DNA of 64,000 nucleotides from Gemmatimonadota bacterium (GTDB taxonomy: Bacteria; Gemmatimonadota; Gemmatimonadetes; Gemmatimonadales; GWC2-71-9). Below, one piece after another: positions 59,418-64,000 of the stretch. Where the stretch lies: positions 9,466-73,465 of the forward strand of contig QHTZ01000078.1 in NCBI GenBank assembly GCA_003221005.1, read 5' to 3'. The position numbers and the translations under genes were made by a program. The notes under the pieces were generated by a model. It had not been told where the DNA came from. It saw nothing but the letters and a program-made list of their open reading frames with translations, and ran no database searches. Positions within the stretch are counted from its first letter, which is position 1. Each line of letters starts with the position of its first letter.

Positions 59418-61106
59418 GGTACACGGGGGCCCGGCAGGCGGGGCCGTTGCTGCTCGAGGGGCTGAAGCGCCTCGAGTACCGCGGCTACGACTCCGCCGGG
59501 CTCGCGCTCGTGGCGGAGGGTCGCATCGAGGTCCACAAGGCGCCGGGCAAGATCGAGAAGCTCGAGAAGGAGCTCGGTGCCACGCTCCCCCGCGGCCAGA
59601 CCGGTATCGCCCACACGCGCTGGGCGACGCACGGTGTGCCCAACACCGTCAATGCCCACCCGCACACCGACTGCGGCGGCATGCTGGCGCTCGCGCACAA
59701 CGGCATCATCGAGAACGCGGGGGTGCTGCGGCCGACCCTCGTGAAGCGGGGCCACACCTTCCGCTCGGAGACTGACACCGAGGTGCTCACCCATCTGATC
59801 GAGGAGCTGCACGCGAAGGGGCGCGCGCTGGTGGAGGCGGTGGCGGGCGCGCTCGCCCAGGTGGAAGGGACCTACGGGATCGCGGTGATCTCGACGCGCG
59901 AGCCGGACACCATCGTGGCGGCGCGCCGCGGCTCGCCGCTGCTCGTCGCCATCGGCAATCACGAGAACTTCGTCGCCTCCGACGCCTCGGCGGTGCTGGC
60001 GCACACCCGCTCGGTGGTCTACCTCGACGACGGCGAGATCGCCGTGGTGCGGCCCAACGAGTATCACATCCTCGACCTCGACGCCGTGGAGAAGGAAAAG
60101 GCCGTGACCCATGTGGACTGGGATGTGGCGACGATCGAGCGGGGCGGGTATGCCCACTTCATGCTGAAGGAGATCATGGAGCAGCCCGAGAGCGTACGGA
60201 ACACGCTGCGCGGCCGCCTCCTCGAGGAGGAGGGCACCGCCAAGCTCGGCGGCCTCAATCTCTCAGACGAAGACCTGCTCCAGGTCAACCGTATCGTGAT
60301 TACGGCCTGCGGCACATCGTGGCACGCGGGGCTCATCGGCGAATACATGATGGAGGAGCTGGCGCGAATTCCGACTGAGGTTGAGTACGCGTCGGAGTTT
60401 CGGTATCGCAATCCCATCGTGGACGACCGCACCCTCGTCGTCGGCATCTCGCAGTCGGGGGAGACGGCCGACACGCTGGCGGCGCTGCGTGAGGCAAAGC
60501 GCCGCGGCGCGCGCACGCTGGGTCTCGTGAACGTGGTGGGGAGCACGATCGCACGCGAGGTGGAGGGGGGCATCTGTGCGCGCCCTCGCGCGGCTCCCCG
60601 ACCTGGTGCGCCAGGTGCTCGAGAAGGCGCCTTCGGAGGTGGAGGCCATCGCCGAGCGGCTGCTGCGCGCGGGCAACGTGCTGTACCTGGGGCGTGGCTA
60701 CAACTTTCCCGTCGCGCTCGAAGGCGCCTTGAAGCTCAAGGAGATCTCCTACATCCACGCGGAGGGGTACGCCGCGGCCGAGATGAAGCACGGGCCGATC
60801 GCGCTGATCGACGACCTCATGCCCGTCGTGTTCGTGGCTCCCAAGGATGCGGTGTACCAGAAGATCGTGAGCAACGTCGAGGAGGTGAAGGCGCGGGGCG
60901 GCCGGGTGATCGCGGTCGTCACCGAGGGCGACACCGGTCTCGCGAAGCTCGCCGATCACCGGCTCGAGGTGCCCGAAACCCTCGACCTGCTGACGCCGAT
61001 CCTGACGGTGCTGCCGTTGCAGCTGCTCGCGTACTACATCGCGGTGCGCCGCGGCTGCAACGTGGATCAGCCGAGGAATCTGGCGAAGAGCGTGACGGTG
61101 GAATGA
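59402..61106 (+). pseudogene. glmS: Glutamine-fructose-6-phosphate transaminase with internal deletion plus frameshift (possibly assembly artefact)
   Basis: MCGIVG, LEYRGYDSAG, HTRWATHG, SQSGETADT; frame breaks at 60575/60576; C-part EGALKLKE...[11 protein letters not shown]; the GPEIGVASTKAF segment is absent. Confidence 0.9.
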
Positions 61107-61119
61107 TCGAAGGGGTAGT

Positions 61120-61563
61120 GTGCGGGTAGTCCTGCAACGCGTCTCCAAAGCCGCGGTCCGTGTGGACGGCAAGACACTGGGCTCGATTGGGGTGGGGTAC
61201 GTGGTCCTCGCTGGCTTCGCGCCCGGCGACACCGAGCAAACGCTCGACTGGATGGCGGAGAAGATCCTCGGCCTGCGGCTGTTCGCCGACGCCCAGGGCA
61301 AGATGAATCTCGACCTCGACGAGGTGAACGGCGCCGTGCTCGTGGTCTCGCAGTTCACGCTCTACGGGGACGCCCGCAAGGGGCGGCGGCCGAGCTTCAC
61401 CGAGGCGGCGCCGCCCGCCGTGGCCGTCCCGCTATACGAGCGGTTCGTGGCGCTGCTCCGGGAGCGCAGCGGCGGTGCCCGCGTGGAGACAGGAGAGTTC
61501 GGGGCGATGATGGACGTGGAGCTGGTCAACGCTGGGCCCGTGACCTTGATCCTGGAGCGATGA
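61120..61563 (+). CDS. dtd: D-aminoacyl-tRNA deacylase
   Basis: VLQRV, VSQFTL, KGRRPSF, FGAMM, NAGPVT. Confidence 0.96.
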   Translation: MRVVLQRVSKAAVRVDGKTLGSIGVGYVVLAGFAPGDTEQTLDWMAEKILGLRLFADAQGKMNLDLDEVNGAVLVVSQFTLYGDARKGRRPSFTEAAPPAVAVPLYERFVALLRERSGGARVETGEFGAMMDVELVNAGPVTLILER

Positions 61564-62159
61564 GCCCCGCCCCGGACGCCAACCCTGCGCTCGTGCTCGC
61601 GAGCGGGAGCCCCCGCCGGCGGCAGCTCCTAGAGATGCTCGGGATCCGCTTCCGCGTGATGTCGCCGGACGTGGACGAGACGTATCGTAACGGCGAGGCA
61701 CCCGAGGCGTACGTTGTGCGCCTCGCGCGGAAGAAAGCGTCGGCCGTCGCGGCGCGCGCGCCCGGGGAACTGGTGCTCGGCGCCGACACGACGGTCGTGG
61801 TGCGCGGCGACGTGCTCGGGAAGCCGTCCTCCGAAGAGGAGGCGGCGACGATGCTCGCGAGCCTCCAGGGACGCACCCATCAGGTGATGACTGGCGTGGC
61901 GCTCGCCGCGGGAGACCGGGTAGAGCACGCCCTCGACGTGACGGACGTGACCTTCAGGCCCCTCGACGAGGCGACGATCAGGGCCTACGTGGCGACCGGG
62001 GAGCCGATGGACAAGGCGGGCGCCTACGCCGTGCAGGGGCGCGGGGCGATGCTGGTCGAGGGGATCCGGGGCGACTTCTTCGGAGTGATGGGACTGCCGC
62101 TGCGCCTCGTGCTCGAGCTGCTGGAGCGCTTCGGACGGCCTTACCGCTTGACCCGGTAG
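61560..62159 (+). CDS. maf: Maf nucleoside triphosphate pyrophosphatase
   Basis: LASGSPRR, GADTTV, LGKP, DKAGAY, VMGLP. Confidence 0.95.
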   Translation: MSPAPDANPALVLASGSPRRRQLLEMLGIRFRVMSPDVDETYRNGEAPEAYVVRLARKKASAVAARAPGELVLGADTTVVVRGDVLGKPSSEEEAATMLASLQGRTHQVMTGVALAAGDRVEHALDVTDVTFRPLDEATIRAYVATGEPMDKAGAYAVQGRGAMLVEGIRGDFFGVMGLPLRLVLELLERFGRPYRLTR

Positions 62160-63754
62160 ACCGGCAGCTTCTTGGACTTCCCCTTGACCTGAACGGGCTC
62201 CAGCGCCTCGACCGTGGGGGGCTGTTTGAGCTGCTTGTAGAACGGCTCCGAGATCAGGATCTCGTTCGGCCCCGCCGAGGAGCAGAGGCGGCTGGCGGTG
62301 TTGACCGCGTCGCCGATCACAGTGTACTCGAGCCGGCGGTCGGAGCCGATGTTGCCCGCGAACACTTCGCCGAAGTTGATCCCGATCCCGATGCCAAGCT
62401 CGGGCCGCCCCTGCTGCTTCCACCGCTTATTCATCGTCTCGAGCGCCGCGAGCTGGTCGACCGCGCAGCCCATCGCGCGGTCGGCGTCGTCCTCGTGCGC
62501 GATCGGCGCGCCCCACAGCGCCATGATCGCGTCTCCCATGAACTTGTCGAGCGTGCCCGAATGCTCGAACACGATCTCCACCATCTCGGTGAAGTATTCC
62601 GTCAGGAGGGTGGCGATCTCGTCCGGCCCCATCGTCTCCGAGAGCGGCGTGAAGCCGCGGATGTCCGAGAAGAAGATCACGACGGGACGCTTCGTGCCGC
62701 CGAGCTGCACCGCGCCTTCCTGCTGGGCGATCTGCGAGGCGAGGTTCGGGGCGAAGTAGCGCTGGAAGTTCGACAGCACCAGGGCCTCGCGGCGCAGTCG
62801 CTCGGAGCGCCGTGAGTTCTCGATTCCCACGGCCGCCAGGCTCCCGAACGCGATCAGGAACTCGAGATCCTCATCGGCGAACGAGTGCGTGGCGGTGAGG
62901 TTGTCCACGTACAGGATGCCGAGCACCGTCTGGTCCGTCCCCATCAGGGGCGTGCACATGGCGCTGCGCACGCTCTGGATCAGGATCGACTTTCCCTTGA
63001 AGCGCTCGTCCGCCGCGGCGTTGTCGGAGAGGATCGCGACGCGCTCCTCGACGGCCTTGCGTGCGATCGACTGGGGAACGTGCTTCGCCGCGCCGGAGCC
63101 GCCGGTGCGGCTCTTCGACATCCGAGGCACGAGCTCGCTCGTGGTCGGCTCGAGCAGCAGAATCGACACGCGGTCCACGTTCATGATCTGAAACGTGAAG
63201 TCCACGACCTTGTCGAGCAGGCGATCGAGCTCCTGCTGCTTCGACAGCTCCTTCGAGATCTCGAGCAGCAGCGACAGCTTCTTCTCGCGCCGCTCTTCCA
63301 GGGACTGCGCCGTCACTTTGAGATGCGACGCGCCCGAAGGGCTCGCGTCCACGATGGCCGGCACGCCCCCCGAAACGCTCACGGGGAGCTGTCGCACGAT
63401 CGTCCCGCCCGGCGGGCTGCCCGTTTTGGGCGTCGTAAACGAGGGCACGACCTGCGGCCGCGGCGCCGGGGCGGTCACGGATTTCACGCGGTAGGCCACC
63501 TTGCCGAAGGTGACGACGTCGTTCTCGCCGGCGACCGCCTCCGTGATGCGGGCGCCGTTCAGGAACGTGCCGTTCGAGGAGCCGAGGTCCTTCACCCGAA
63601 CGCCGTCGTTGGCCAGGGCGACCTCGGCGTGCTGGCGGGAGATGGTGGGGTCGTAGATCGGGACGTCGCTCGTGACCGCGCGTCCCACGACCAGCGTGCG
63701 CCCGGCCTGCAGGTCGATGGCCTGGTCGCCCGTTGTGCTCAGCAGTTTGAACAC
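62141..63754 (-). CDS. FHA-GAF class III adenylate cyclase
   Basis: FHA (VGR, ISRQHA, DLGSSNGT), GAF, cyclase (FSDIRGFT, DKFMGD, EYTVIGDAVNTASR). GTG 63754 has TATTCT 6 nt upstream; ORF track start is 63778. Confidence 0.92.
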   Translation of the reverse strand: MFKLLSTTGDQAIDLQAGRTLVVGRAVTSDVPIYDPTISRQHAEVALANDGVRVKDLGSSNGTFLNGARITEAVAGENDVVTFGKVAYRVKSVTAPAPRPQVVPSFTTPKTGSPPGGTIVRQLPVSVSGGVPAIVDASPSGASHLKVTAQSLEERREKKLSLLLEISKELSKQQELDRLLDKVVDFTFQIMNVDRVSILLLEPTTSELVPRMSKSRTGGSGAAKHVPQSIARKAVEERVAILSDNAAADERFKGKSILIQSVRSAMCTPLMGTDQTVLGILYVDNLTATHSFADEDLEFLIAFGSLAAVGIENSRRSERLRREALVLSNFQRYFAPNLASQIAQQEGAVQLGGTKRPVVIFFSDIRGFTPLSETMGPDEIATLLTEYFTEMVEIVFEHSGTLDKFMGDAIMALWGAPIAHEDDADRAMGCAVDQLAALETMNKRWKQQGRPELGIGIGINFGEVFAGNIGSDRRLEYTVIGDAVNTASRLCSSAGPNEILISEPFYKQLKQPPTVEALEPVQVKGKSKKLPVYRVKR

Positions 63755-63770
63755 GAGCGCAGAATATACG

Positions 63771-64000
63771 TCAATCACCTGCCTTGGCGAGGGCGAGCGC
63801 CTTCAGCACCGCCTGCGCCTTCGCTTCCGTCTCTGCGAACTCGCGACTCGGATCGGAGTCGGCGACGATCCCGGCACCCGCCTGCACGACCACGCGGTCC
63901 GGCAGCACGATGCCGGCGCGGATCGCGATCGCCGTGTCCATGTTCACCGCGCCCCAGCTTACGTAGCCCACCGCGCCTGCGTACGGGCCGCGGCCCTCGG
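63771..64000 (-). CDS. trpE: Anthranilate synthase component I / chorismate-binding enzyme, 3' end only
   Basis: RGPYAGAVGY...MDTAIAIR...QAGAGIVADSDP.REF.ETEAKA. Confidence 0.88.
   Translation of the reverse strand, partial: EGRGPYAGAVGYVSWGAVNMDTAIAIRAGIVLPDRVVVQAGAGIVADSDPSREFAETEAKAQAVLKALALAKAGD

Overview
A very GC-rich, gene-dense bacterial chromosomal window. Gene content and style suggest a Gemmatimonadota-like genome, probably a metagenome assembly (inference, no search run). It is mostly core metabolism: a triplet of PD40/TolB-like lipoproteins, cstA-ybdD, an acyl-CoA dehydrogenase/ETF/ETF-QO cluster, a ~12.5 kb minus-strand Mo/W-cofactor operon (gpmI to moeA and beyond), guaB, two APC amino-acid permeases flanking a membrane-LytTR fusion, nrnA, mrp, late menaquinone genes (menG/ubiD/ubiA/ubiX-like), mutM-purD, a cystathionine lyase/synthase, glmM-glmS-dtd-maf, an FHA-GAF adenylate cyclase and the 3' end of trpE. 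No rRNA, tRNA, CRISPR array or transposase/integrase was seen. The most unusual signals are non-genic: (i) short-unit (7, 9, 13 nt) tandem arrays, present as inverted pairs between genes and as in-frame insertions in conserved enzymes, including an identical 30-mer inserted twice in glmM in different reading frames; (ii) a probable decayed integron-cassette cluster at ~49.1-52.4 kb; (iii) many leaderless sigma70 promoters, a probable CTG start for ubiX and a perfect Gram-positive-type LexA-like palindrome; (iv) active-site variants in a PTPS/QueD homologue and in ETF-QO; (v) lesions in glmS, tupB and mobA that may be assembly artefacts. Start codons were adjusted by eye where the ORF track over-extends.
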